64,000 bases of DNA from NCBI GenBank assembly GCA_964187785.1, contig OZ076410.1, positions 53,630,001 to 53,694,000 on the forward strand, written 5' to 3'. Made by a program: the position numbers and the translations under genes. This document shows positions 11,098 through 23,464 of this stretch, in pieces. This DNA comes from Amphiscolops sp. MND2022 (Eukaryota). Each line of letters begins with the position of its first letter. The stretch's first letter is position 1. Under the pieces are notes generated by a model. That model did not search any database and was not told where the DNA came from. It saw nothing but the letters and a program-made list of their open reading frames with translations.

Positions 11098-12930
11098 CTG
11101 TGACCAAAAAAGTAAATGAATGCATTTCAAAAAAATTAGCTGCCCATGGCCTTCCAAATTTGTCGGTTTTCGTTTCAAATCTGACTTTAATTTTGTTTTG
11201 CCAACAAGATGAACAAAATGATTCATTCAATTGACTCATCAAGCAAGAAAATTATAAATGATCACAGCCTCAGTGATGCATTGTTTCAATAAAAGAGCCT
11301 GAGTATCAATTTTGGAGGTGCAGAGAGCTATTTGATTTACGGAGCCACTTTTGAAGTTCTAAAATAATGAATGAGAGCGCTGCTTAGGATAATTTATTTT
11401 TGTGAGCTAGCTTAGGAAAAGCTTTTCCAAAGAGCGGTGTAGAGATTTATGAAAATTTCCTGTAAACGGTCTGATTTCCCAGTATCCCCAAATTTGCTTA
11501 AAGGTTCTGCAAAACACTTCAATTGACATCAAAACTTGTGTTTTATTTCTACGACAATTACACTTCATGAAATCTCACGTATGGCAAGTAATTGGGCAAT
11601 AATACTAGATGAACCAAAAAAACGGAACGCATAAAAGTTTTCGAGCTCTCAAAGCTTTAAATATTTATCAACAAAGGTTTCATGACAACAAAGCGACAGT
11701 GCTTTCACGCATCAAACGTGAGTACAGAAAGACTGGTTAGGAAGACTTAGCCTTTTTTCAGAAGATTTGAATCATCTTTAGTTGAAGATGCGGTTTCGTA
11801 AATTGTGCTTCATTCTGAAGGATAAACAGAAAACTGATAGAATTTCAGTGTCTTGTTCACAAAAAATAGCATTTCATGCACGCAAATTTTTGTGCTTCGT
11901 TTTTTGTTCACCCAGTAAGCAACGACGTAGACATGTCACGTAGATATGCATATGGTTTTTCATGCGTTCGTAATACCTCGATAACTTAGACAGCAAATAG
12001 TTGAAATCCGGTTCACTTCTCTTTTCTTTTGAGACTTAGAACGTCCCGAACTTACCAATTTTATTTCAGTCATATTCAGCCCATGCAGGGTTACACAATT
12101 GTTTTTTTGTTCAGCTTTGTTTTTTTCTTCTTCAGTGAAATGGCACCAAAAATTTTCATTTCATTTGATGGAAGAAATAAACACTTCTTAAAAGATATTC
12201 ATGCCACTAGTCATTTGGACAGATCATATAAAAACGCCGAGCTCTGTTTTTAAAATGAGATGACTACATTCATCTCAAAATTGCATTGTAAAAAAGGGAC
12301 TACTTTTATAAGCCAAACTTAATACAGTGCCTCTACATGTTCAAATGGTATGTAGGTCTCATAAAATAGCAGAGGCTAAGGATTTTCAAAATTTTTGAGG
12401 TACAGAGAAGCGTCCTAGCTGAATAATCTTAAGACTCTTGAGAGCTCTCTATCTTAAAAAATCTTGGAACTCTTTGAACTTGAGGTCGTTTGAGGAAATT
12501 CCTCAACTTTACTTGAAAATCGAAGTCCCTAACATAGTTTTTGGACAACTCTGAAGGACTTTCGATACCTTTCCAAATTAGCAATTTCTACAAATATCCA
12601 ACATTAAGCTATCGCATGATACTGAGTTTTCAGTGGTACGTTGACTATTCCTGTGAGATGAGCAATTGTATATTGATCAAGACTCACAGGGGCCTATGTC
12701 CCTCGATGGAAACCTAGTTAAAAATACACATCTTTAGAAAAAATCTTAAAACTAAGATCTTGCGAGAAAGGTCATTATTTGACACTAACTCTTACAAGAT
12801 TCTTGCAACATTTCAAACTCCAGCTGAAAACGATACAAAAGTTGCATAAATTTTACAAAGTCCTTTCAAAAGTTGCATCGTTGATGACACGAACCCTTGA
12901 TCAACTGCGATTAAGTTTACTCATACTTGC
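11098..12930 (-). other. GC-AG intron (1833 bp) of the GPCR gene
   Basis: Donor CAG|GCAAGT and acceptor CACAG|. The phases match, giving ...SSGST-G-VRNRTE... Confidence 0.65.
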
Positions 12931-13762
12931 CTGTAGATCCACTGCTTCTGCATGTATTAATTGTCCCACTGCCGGGTTTAGCTGAAGAAATGTTGGGTGC
13001 GCATGTTACTTGGGTTAATTGTTGAGCCTGTTCCGATTCAACTTTTGTAGCGGTTGCATGATTTTGGCGGGTTCTCAACTCAAAACGATCCTCATTTCGT
13101 CGTCTGGAAAGAATCACACGTTGACATAAGCGAGCAAAGATAGCCGAGTACAGAATGACCATGAGAAATAGGTTTCCGAATATGAATGAAGTGTAAACCA
13201 ATAGAATGGTCTCGTTGGTTTGCCAGTAGAGTACTACAACAACTATAACCACAGACGTAAACGAAGCACCGATGCTGAGACCTATACTTCGTCGGTATGT
13301 AAGAATATTACTGGTTGGTCGACATACTAAAAGGAATCGGTTGAGAGTTATGCACTGAAGAGCTAGTGTCGAGAGAACTTCGAGAAAAACCGTCAAGCCG
13401 AAGGAGAAATCCGAATCAATGGCGTTGCAATCGCCAGACCCGAAATGAACGCATTCTAGTGGGAACAAAATGGAACAGGCCAAGAGATCCGTTATTGTTA
13501 GAAAAACGAAAAGTGAATCTGAAGCAGATTTCGTCCTCTCGCGACTCATTTTGAAGATGAAGACCATCAACACGAAAAGCTGAACCACTGTTCCAATGGC
13601 GCCACATACGGCAAAACCTAGGAATATGTTGAAACATTCTTGATCCGAGTAAGACAATTTGGCCATCCATTGCGCAAGCTCAGACATTTCTGTAGCTGAT
13701 CTATTTGTGATTGAGATGGTAAAAACCCCACTTTTATTGGAAAATGCAGGGGTAGATTCCAT
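12931..13762 (-). CDS. Class A orphan GPCR, exon 1 (N-terminus, TM1-TM5, ICL3); spliced product ~383 aa
   Basis: Five hydrophobic segments, N-terminal NxS/T sequons (NKS, NRS), LTITDLL (TM2) and ITLNRFLLVCRP (DRY position reads NRF). Confidence 0.88.
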
Positions 13763-14467
13763 GGCAACTGTATGAATAAACCGATGACCAAATCAAATAA
13801 TCAAATAATTGCAGATTGTCGAGCTTTTTGGAGCTGAAATGGAGTGAAAAATTCAAATGTAGAACGAGTTTGAAATTCACTAATCAAAAATTATATTCGT
13901 TTTTTTTTGTCTGATGTTTTTCGGCCTGTTATTACCTAGATTGTACTGAGTCGTGGTTAATGTGAGAACGAAAACATAAAATTGAATTGCCCAATCGTGA
14001 AGGCTGAAGTTGAAACTGAGAATAAATTGGAGTCTTGATAATCGAAACAGAAGGGGAAATATCAAGGGTACATTTTTCAGTTGTGCTTGGCAAAATGATC
14101 CATCAGCGAACAATTCGTGTGGGGTAGAAACAAAATTGAAATGAAAATTCAAAAAAACCAACCAAAAAGCGAGAAATTTTCATTATTTTGTTTTCACATG
14201 AACAAACCAACCAAAAATGACCAATAGAAAATCTTTAAGATCATTTTCCGTCTTGGCGCTGTTAGGCTTTAAGGGAATATTTGGCAAATTCAGCCAATCA
14301 AATTTTCTTACAGCTTTTTTTCGAAAGAAGGGGAAATACGTAGACTCGGCCATGAGTGATGTTGGCTTTGTAGCAGCAACGATTTTCAACTCCCTTTTTC
14401 TAATTATAATTTACCTATTCCCTATTACTGTATTCCCTAAATTGAACTAAACGGGACCAATAATTGC

Positions 14468-14521
14468 ATTGATTAGGTATCTCTCGTATGCATATATGCA
14501 TTCGAGAGATACCTAATCAAT
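14468..14521. repeat. 54-bp near-perfect palindrome
   Basis: 19-bp perfect arms plus a 14-bp palindromic core; one T:T mismatch. Confidence 0.95.
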
Positions 14522-16913
14522 ACAAATATACACAAGTCTCTTATTCATTCAAAACAAGAAAAGACTGAAGTCTTGCCAACTGTTTCTAAGAAACATCTAA
14601 GTTCACGATAGTTGAGTTGACTGAAAATAACTGATTTTTTGTTCATGACAGCTAGCCAAAATTCGGACTTTTCCTGTTTTGCAATAAATCATGGACTTCT
14701 ACATACTTTCGACGAGAGATGACTGATCAAAGAGGACAATCAGTGTGTTTTGCGAATACAGAAAATTATAAATAGAAAGAAGAAGTTGGAATCTTTGCTT
14801 TTTCTCCTTTGTTCATAGTTTCATAACAAAGTCAAATTAGCTGCATAGAATTATTCAACTGTGGTAAAAACAGACTCCAAAACAGCTCGCGGGCGTAAGA
14901 ATTAGAATGAAACACAGAATAGAAGATATACTTTTGTCTTTTCCCGAAAAGAGCTGATGAAATGAACGAAAGTCTCTTTGTGCTCAACAGCAATAATTCA
15001 GGCGTCACACCCGAGGAATTGTTATTAATCTCAAACAAAGCAAAATTTTTCCATCGAGAAATTTAAAACTGCAATTCAATCTCGCCCATTAATAGTTAAA
15101 TGCTCATAAAGGATTACCGGAATTTTTATTGTTCCCACTAAAAAAATCTAAAGTCAAGTCAGAATTTCAAATAAGTATTAGAGGGGAAAACAAAAATGAA
15201 CTAAAAAGAATAATGGATATTCACTTTTGCGGCGTTTAGCACAGTTGTGTCACCTTGCCCGTAATCAAATTCCAGCTTGAAAGTAATCAAACCCAACTTT
15301 CGATATGCAAAAAGTTCATTGGTTCAATTTTAGGAAGAGTCGTTGCACCTTGTGAACATTAAATGAATATATAAATAGCTGGACCTGCTGTCAAAAGTGC
15401 AATACGTCAGAAATAAAACAGTTAAATTAATTTGCACAGAAGTTATAGTAAAGTGACTTGACTAAAACTATCCGTTGTGAAATCCTATTCAATGCATCCA
15501 TAAATTTGATAGGAAAGATTCCCAGATCTTGCAAAAATGTCAAGGATCTTATAGCTGTCTATAACTGACAGCTCATTTCATCGTGACTCGTTTGAAAGAG
15601 ATTACAAGCCCCAACAACAACTTTATTTGCCAACTTTTCAAACATACGAACACTCTAGCGACTTTTTTGTTTGGAAAATGTATCATCTCGAAATACACAT
15701 TGCTTCCTGTGTTACATGAGGGTAACTAAAGAACGCATCAACAGAATCACATGGCGGAAATTGAGCCGAGTATCATCCACTACTAATTTGTTTCCATTTT
15801 AAGATAAGTTACCGATTAGAAAGAAATAATTTCCGGTGAAATGTTCTGAGCTAATCTTATGATGCGTAGAAACATAAATTGAACAACTGACTTGAATGTA
15901 CTGTCTGTCTTGAACAGAGTGCGATGCTGAGAAACAATTAAAGATCAAGGACTGAAAAATCTGTAGCACTGGTTGTGAAAAAATTGGTATTACCGTGGTA
16001 CTGAATTTATCATCAAAAAATTGCGTCGTGTGATCAACAAACTACATGTAGATATGTAAGGGCAGATAAGTTAACATCCTCTCGAGGTAGCGCTACATTA
16101 CTATGTGACAAAACATACCCTAGTCAAATCTACATAGAATAAAACTTCAGCAGAAGTATTACCATTTGGTTACTGACTCCATCACTCTATCTTCACACTT
16201 TGGTTTTTCAAGTACCCGACTAATAAAATCACCGTTATCCAAAATGCACGCTGCAATAGACGCAAATTTGCAGTTTATGAAGTGACTGAAGTTGCTTCGC
16301 ACGAAATGGACAGTAAATTAAGTACTCAGTAAAAGGCTGCATGTAAAAAATGAGCCAATATGACAAATAAACTGAACGTTTATCCGTGAAAAACACTTTG
16401 GAACGAAACAAACTCTAAAATTTAGCATCAACAAGGGTCTTCAAAAATGAAATGAACAAACATTTTACAATTTAGTTGAGAACTTGAAATGTTGGGTTGC
16501 AGAAGATGAAGAACCTTCTTAAATTCATTTTTTCCTCGAAAGTATTTGCTACTCAATTTGCATGAGGGACATAATTTTAGATAATTGTGTAACCCTTGGC
16601 TACTAATTTCCTAGTTTAGTCTTTTGGACAGGTAGTTTGTTATCCTTTGAGGACATTTGACTGATTTGAATCAAAAATCTAAGTATTTTCATATTTTGTA
16701 AGCATTTTTCCACTCTTCCAGTTAAAAAATAGCTGTCTTGAAGCGTAGAGCTCAGACTTTTCTCGCAAAACCATCATTTGATTTTTCATGTTTGATTTGA
16801 CAAATTTCACAAAATTAACAGATTCCGCTAATCACGGCGACTTTATCCAATATTGAAATATTCCTTGTTTTTCAGTTCTCTGAACTTATGAGTAAATTAG
16901 AGATAAAAAGAAA

Positions 16914-17232
16914 CGTAGCGTCAAGCTAGCGGCGTGCATACTAGAGCTGGGATAATGTCTAGGTTGCCTTGACAAGAGACCATGGTACAACCATACTACA
17001 ACAAAGCGGTCTCCTTGGGGCTTTCTAACGTCGAAGAGGCTCCTCATTTAGAGCTCCGTGGGGACGTGCTGGCACTCTCAAAGTCCGGATACGTCCCACA
17101 AGCAGGTAAAAACGAATCCTTAGGTTCCTGCGACTTCCTACATAATCCCGAGGTCCAAAAGGGTATTTAGCTAAAGTACTTTCTATTAGAGAAAAATGAT
17201 GAAAATAAAGGATCTAACAGATCCGACATCAT
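16914..17232 (-). repeat. Truncated copy of the LTR-like family also at 24467-25170 and ~63175-63822
   Basis: Shares GGCACTCTCAAAGTCCGGA...CGACTTCCTACAT...GAGGTCC with both other copies. Confidence 0.75.
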
Positions 17233-17540
17233 CATACACCTATAGGAGGAGTGGGATAAAGAGGATTCCGTTTTTCAAGTCTGGGCCAGACGAACTCTTT
17301 GATAACTAACTTCGCTGATACTAATTGAGTTTTCTTCACTTCTATTGGTATACAGAGTAGGGATTTATTTTTTTTCAAGTTGACATTTGTTTTCAAGTCG
17401 CCTGGTTTTTTTCCAGAATTCCGTGAAGCATTTTGGAAGAAGCATTACACACCCGGCGGTAGTTTATATGCGTGCAGTTTTGCAGAAAGTAACTGTACCC
17501 CAATGGGCAAAGCTTCTCAGGACGTCAAAAGCACAGTAAG

Positions 17541-18087
17541 TTTTTAGTCGGCGCTTTTCGAAGAAAAACGCAGACTATAGTAGTGACTTCTTTTTTTTTT
17601 AAGACCAACGAACTGACAGATTTTATAAAGAGTTATAAACAGCTGAGCTGACTTCACTGCACTAACAGTAACTGCAACGCTAGCTATCACTGCTGGCACT
17701 TGGCATAGAGGTTAATTAAGCTTTTTGAGGTCTGCCAAGCAGAAGGACGTGGGTTCGAGTCCCGTCCTTGATCAAATTTTTTGTGCAGGTTTTTTCGGCT
17801 TTGTGAGACTTTTTTCGCAAATTTTTTTAATGTCTCCAAAGGGTCCACCCTTCATTTTTCTTCTATTTTGCATAAGAATGGATGTTCAAAACCTCCCAGA
17901 GGGCCCCTTTTACAATTTTTCGGCACTATGCAACTTACCGGAGACCAAAAAATTTCGAAAAAAAATTCGGATTTTTTTAAATTTTTCCGCACGCGGGTAC
18001 TGTAGAGAGAATACTTGACACTTTGAAGTCCTTTTGCTATTTTTGAGCCTTAGATATGGCGCCGACTTGGGCCGTTCCCGGCTTGTT
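17541..18087 (+). mobile_element. Helentron-associated non-autonomous element (HINE/DINE-1-like)
   Basis: T-run followed by the subterminal inverted repeat AGTCGGCGC (17546) / GCGCCGACT (18059). 3' stem-loop GCCG-TTCC-CGGC then TTGTT. No TSD. Confidence 0.65.
17701..17762 (+). promoter_or_regulatory. Pol III type-2 internal promoter (tRNA-derived A and B boxes) inside the HINE
   Basis: A box TGGCATAGAGG, B box GGTTCGAGTCC ~40 nt downstream, T6 run shortly after. Confidence 0.65.
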
Positions 18088-18277
18088 TTGATTATCAATG
18101 AATTTTTAATGAGAAAATCGAATGAATATAAAAACTCAGTAGTATTACCAAATTTTACATTTTCACAGCTAAAAATTCACACCCAATTAAAACTAATTTA
18201 CATATCAGTTCTGGCATTAGCAAAACAAAATACATTAAGTTCTCAGTGGAACAACTTGTCAATGCATCGTTTCAAAT

Positions 18278-18654
18278 AACAAGCCGGGAACGGCCCAAGT
18301 CGGCGCCATATCTAAGGCTCAAAAAGACTCGTAAACCACTTTTTCTACAACTGGAGACAACAAAAGCTCTCAAAAAACTTAAAATTGAGAAAAAAAATTC
18401 CGAATTTTTTGCATTTTTTTCGAAGTTTCCGGTAAGTCGCATAGTGCCGAAAATTGTAAAAGGGGGGACGCTTTTTATCTCATGTTAGACGCTTTGGATG
18501 CGTTGAAAATGAAGTACTAAGTACATATGGTAAAAGTTGGTAAATGTGCATTAATTGCATTAATGCACAAAAAGTGGACGTTACGCGTTGAACTGACGAA
18601 AAAAAACTAGCCACTGTAAGAGTCGGGATTTTCTTCGAAAACGCCGACTAAAAA
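18278..18654 (-). mobile_element. Second HINE-like copy, tail-to-tail with the first
   Basis: The terminal ~48 bp is a perfect inverse of 18040-18087. 5' end TTTTTAGTCGGCG...CCGACT hairpin. Lacks the A/B boxes. Confidence 0.65.
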
Positions 18655-20005
18655 TGAAATGAATATTCAATTTGAAATACTAAGTTCAATTTCATTGAGA
18701 GAAAAGAGTGATGAAACCACCAGTGGTTATCGTCGGGGTGTTTGTCTAGAATGTTTTCACTTGTCGTAATGCTTATGTCGTAATCGGTAATTAAAGTGAT
18801 ACTTTTTGAGGGATTTTTTTGGAGACGGACTTATTATGCTTTGCAAAGTGCTCAAACGGTAAACGGTATCTTTGGTTGCCATCAAAGGCTTAGCTAGAGC
18901 CATCAAAGCTAAAGACAAAACGAAGTGCTCAGGGTGTTGAGTTCATTGAAAATACTTCCTGCAGGGTTTACGGCACGTGCCAATATCAGTGTTCAACTCC
19001 AAAATGTCAAAAATTGGCGTTTTTGCAACCAAAGTATGAAAACCATCCCTTATTTTTTTCGTTCTAAAAGTGTGTAAAACTTCCCACTCAGGTGCAAAGG
19101 CTCATAATGACTTGAACAAACGCTTCCTCAAAATTGGAAGCTATCGGATATTTTATGTACCAAATTCACAAAAAGTACAAAACTGGATTGAACTAATCGT
19201 AGTTTCTTGTCCTCTTTTCTAATCATCCACAACAGCTAAAACAAATATAGTTGGGCTATTAACTCCCTATTTCACTTCGCTCGAACGTCTCCACACAAGA
19301 AAAAGAATAGTGAGTGGGTATTTTTTTCAGACCATTTTTTACCGATAGCGAGTACTGCTCATCTTCCAACTACACTTTTCGTTGAAAGTTAAAGAGCTAA
19401 AAACAGAGTTAAACAAGTTGTGAACACGTGCACCGTGGCTTTCGAGCTGCGCGTCAAACCATTTATGAGGGACCCGCTAACCGAACTATGCAATTTGCGA
19501 CGATACTTCTCAGCAACTACAATTGGCATTCACAAAACAGCTGTATTCGCGAGAGTCCCCAGAAAAAAATTATCACATGCTAACACATACATAACATTTG
19601 AACAATTGGGAACCGAACATTAAATGAGTGCCACTGCCGCGCCCGGACTGGAGTGCGGTTGGAGACGATTCGGTGTCGGGAGAAGCAGTGGATGCACCAC
19701 AAAACAGGTTAGGATTTATTATTAAATTACGGTTTAACTTAAGGAAATCAGCTGTGACTAGCCCGAACTAATCCAATCTAAATATGAATGAAATATCAAA
19801 AACGGACATTTAGTGGAATGATGATTCAATTACGCCGGAAACAACTAATCCACTTGAGAATAATCGAAATACACAATTGGGAATAGTCATAGTCAGATCT
19901 AAGAGAAGGAACTACATCAAAGTTTCAACAAAAGAGCATTACGTTTCCCGAGTTTCCCTCCCATACAAAAACAAGTCAATCATACTCTGCCATCATACTC
20001 ACAGT

Positions 20006-20147
20006 ATGATTCCAGGCTGATCATACTCTGGACCACAAAGGTTTATGGTTCCAGTCTGACCATATTCTGGGCCATATAGGGTTCAGTCTATGATCCGCCT
20101 GGAACCATAAACCTTTATGGCCCAGAGTATTGTCAGCCTGGAGCCAT
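20006..20147. repeat. Imperfect inverted repeat (~49-bp arms) built from a ~39-bp unit
   Basis: 20006-20054 is the approximate reverse complement of 20099-20147, with a partial tandem unit between them. Confidence 0.7.
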
Positions 20148-20470
20148 AAAAAGAAAATTAGGATAATGTAGCCAATTAACGCATACACTGATGAAATAAC
20201 AAGATATTCCTCAACCACAGGTCCAATAAAATCACCAAATTGAAAACAATGCAGCAATCATCAATTTTGGACATCTTTTGCTGAACTATTGGTATTTTTT
20301 CTCGAAGTAATCGAAAATCATACTGCAAAGTTGGTAATGATATAACAAAAGAGTTAGTTATTAACTAAGGAGTGGCTGGGAACAAATTGAGTTACTATAG
20401 TTTGTTTTTAACTCCGCTTAGAGCCTAAAGTAGTTCTGACCTGCAATGTATCGTTCGCAGATGGAGCTAT

Positions 20471-20492
20471 TATATATATATATATATATATA
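20471..20492. repeat. (TA)11 microsatellite
   Basis: Read directly from the sequence. Confidence 0.95.
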
Positions 20493-21616
20493 TTGTATAT
20501 AATTATGTAAATATTAATATATATTATTTTAGCTCCGATATTTTAAACTATTAGTATTATATTAGCACAGAACAGTTGTATGTCAATTGTTTACGTGTCT
20601 CTTTGCTTTATTTTACTCCCATTTCCCATTACTCCCATATAAATATACATAAAGTGTACCAACCAATATGAAGCTATTGTGCAGTTAATAATACTAATAC
20701 AGTGCTATGTAATTAATAATAATCGAATCACACCGCTTAGCAAGCGGCCTGAGAAATTTTTGGCAGAACTGCGGCCTGGCAGCCGGCCTCCAATTCGAGC
20801 AGCGAGGCGTCGGCCTGGCGAGCGGCCTGAGATTGAAATACACTGTACGCTACTAACCAGCAGTAAACGCGTTACCATTGCGTGCATATAAACTCGCTGA
20901 AGTGTTTTCCGTACAATTTAAATGATGCAATACATGTAATTGTGCTAACGATTAAATATTAATGATGATTGTATGAAGGTCACATACCGTGGCCTGAGAC
21001 ATGGCCCGAGATCAAAATACATAAAAGTCCACTGAATAAACAGAAAATGCTGATGCTAACGATGATTTCCTTTTCCGCATGATTTCTAAGTCCGTCACGT
21101 ATAACCATGAATGATAACAGTTTGTTAGATGTAATTTATACCATTCTTTTCCTTGTAAATCGAGTTAAAGGTTGGGATAACCCAGGCCACGGCCTGGGGC
21201 TAGGTTTTGTTGCTTTCATAGTAATTTGATGATTATTAACACCACATGAAAGGTATTTCGAACCAATCACTATTTAATCGAACCATGTCAACCTAAACAA
21301 TGTTTCCCGTGTGATTTCAACCCGTGAAAATCTCAACTGCAGTTACAATGATCTTATTCTGGTGTACTATTCAACATAATTTTCAAACACACAGAACCAC
21401 AGCCTGGGACGGTGATTTCTCTAAATCCCATTTTACACGAATAAATGAGCTTGATTGCCAGTTTGTCAATATTAACGATATGTTGCTCAGTTTATTTCAA
21501 GTTGCTGAATTAAAATAAATTATTCTCTAAATATTGAGTGTCATTGTCAAATTTTGTGATCTTTCCATCAACTATAATTGATTACTCACTCGAAATTTCA
21601 TTGCCAAGTTCAGCTT

Positions 21617-22366
21617 CGGCGTCACGAAAAGGCGTGAATTGGAGGTGAAAGGAAGCGGAGTCGCAACTCAGACAGGAAGTGGACGCGTGCCTTCCCCGTA
21701 AGGCAAGAAAAAACTGAAGGTCTGAGTTCGACTAAGCTGAACTGAACTTCCGGTTTCCCTGCCTCGGAAGGACGCCGGGCTGAACGAAGCGTGAAAGGTT
21801 GCTCATTTTTCCCCCATTCTTGAGGGCGAAAAGCATATTTAGTTGGAAAATTTAAACTGATTTCAGTTGTTAATTTCATATTTTATGAAACTTTTGTCAC
21901 TTCGCTTTTGATATTCAATAAAGTTTAAAATCGTCAATTTCTTTCTGCTTAGCGAAAAATTTCAGATTAAAATTCTTTAAACTCTTCAATACTCAAGTAA
22001 TTGAAAATGCCTGAAAGATCTTCTGAGAAAAAAGTCAGAAGAGAGTTCTTGACCAGCTCACTGGGTGAACCAGAAGCCTCGAGTCTAAGAACGGAAAATA
22101 TCCCGAGCATCTCTGATAGAGACTTCTCGAAGATATCTGAGAGAAGCGAAAAATCCATCAGCAGGAGAATAAAAGATACTGAGATCGGACAGAGGGAAAG
22201 TCTCAAAATGATTGAAAACCTGTCCTCAAAGATAGACTCTCTGTCAGGACAAACGTCAAGCACCGTAGATCTGGATGCAAACGAAAATCGCCCTGAAAGT
22301 CTGATACCTACTTCCAGACCGATTGAGGTGAATGAGTTGATCAGAGGAGAAGTTCAACACAGTTAG
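21617..22366 (+). mobile_element. Probable 5' remnant of an LTR retrotransposon (degenerate PBS plus gag-like ORF 22001-22366)
   Basis: CGGCGTCACGAAAAGG resembles the tRNA-Ser(CGA) PBS TGGCGTCACGAACAGG (2 mismatches), just after ...GTTCA. The downstream ORF is charged and coiled-coil-like. Confidence 0.4.
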
Positions 22367-22640
22367 TGTGAGCTGAGTGTCAATTTCCCTGCCAGTTCAC
22401 GCAGTGAAACAAGAAATCTCACAAAAAACATGAGAAGCTTTTCCGGTTTTACGAAACGAAGTAAAAACTACTTCCGGCTTGAAGAAATTAGTACGACACC
22501 AGTGTGAAAAAATTTGACGATAAGAGATTACTAATGCAAATCTAACTATGGCGATTGTGAATACTGACAAAATAACCACGTAGATTGAAATATCAAATGA
22601 ACATTGTCATGAAATTACCATGTCTGACTAAAATCGTGAA

Positions 22641-23464
22641 GAAATTGAGGCTGCGCGAGCATCAACAGATGTGCTAGGAGAGTATATTCAGCTTAAATTT
22701 AGTGAATTATTCATTCGAATCCGACCGTTTCAACCGATTTTAACTGTTTTAATCGATACCTTTTAATCGACGTTATTACGTCGTCAATAAACGATATCCA
22801 AATTTCCAGCTGTTTTATATTGTTTAGTACAAAACTCTAAAGTGTAAATAATATCTGCCATTCTACTGTTAATCAAAATGTGTTGGCATATGATATAAAA
22901 GTAAATAATATTTTTGAAATATGGCCAGTTAAAATCAAAATCACATTTGTAAATTAATTGACGCTGTCATTCCGTTGCCTAATGTTTTGTTTGATACGAT
23001 GGTTGGTATATCATTAGTAGTAAACGTCAATTACAATTTAAAAAAAGGTATGCATTCAATATTTTGATTCTCTCTCCTAGCGTCATCAAATTGACCAAAT
23101 CAGGATGAATAGTCGTGTTTTCTGAAGTTAAATTACAAAATCAGGTGTTAGTTGTAACAAGCAGTAAGACAGGGAAACATTTCCGGTTCGTCAGACTGAA
23201 GTAAAATCTACTACTTCCTGCTTAGAAGGAAATAAAAGGACGCCGGATTGAAATGCTTTGATTCTAGGTGATGACTAATATTAATGTAACTATGGAAAAA
23301 CACAAAAATTGACGAATTGCCAACATAGATCGAAATACTGAATATTTCTTGATGAAATTGAGGCTACGCGAGCATCAATAGGTGTTGCTCGGAGGGTATA
23401 TTCAGTTTAAACTTTGTAAATTATTCATTCCAATCCGACTGTTTCAACTGATTTCAACTGTTTC
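22641..23464 (+). repeat. Diverged ~110-bp direct repeat pair (22641-22750, 23354-23464)
   Basis: GAAATTGAGGCT..GCGAGCATCAA...AATTATTCATTC.AATCCGAC.GTTTCAAC in both copies. Confidence 0.75.

Noticed and set aside
17695-17775. Functional tRNA gene
   Set aside because: A and B boxes are present, but I could not form an acceptor stem or cloverleaf, and it sits inside a repeat. Called a Pol III promoter relic.
19624-19712. Host coding exon (ATG...CAG|GTTAGG)
   Set aside because: Short, with no recognisable protein and no partner exon identified.
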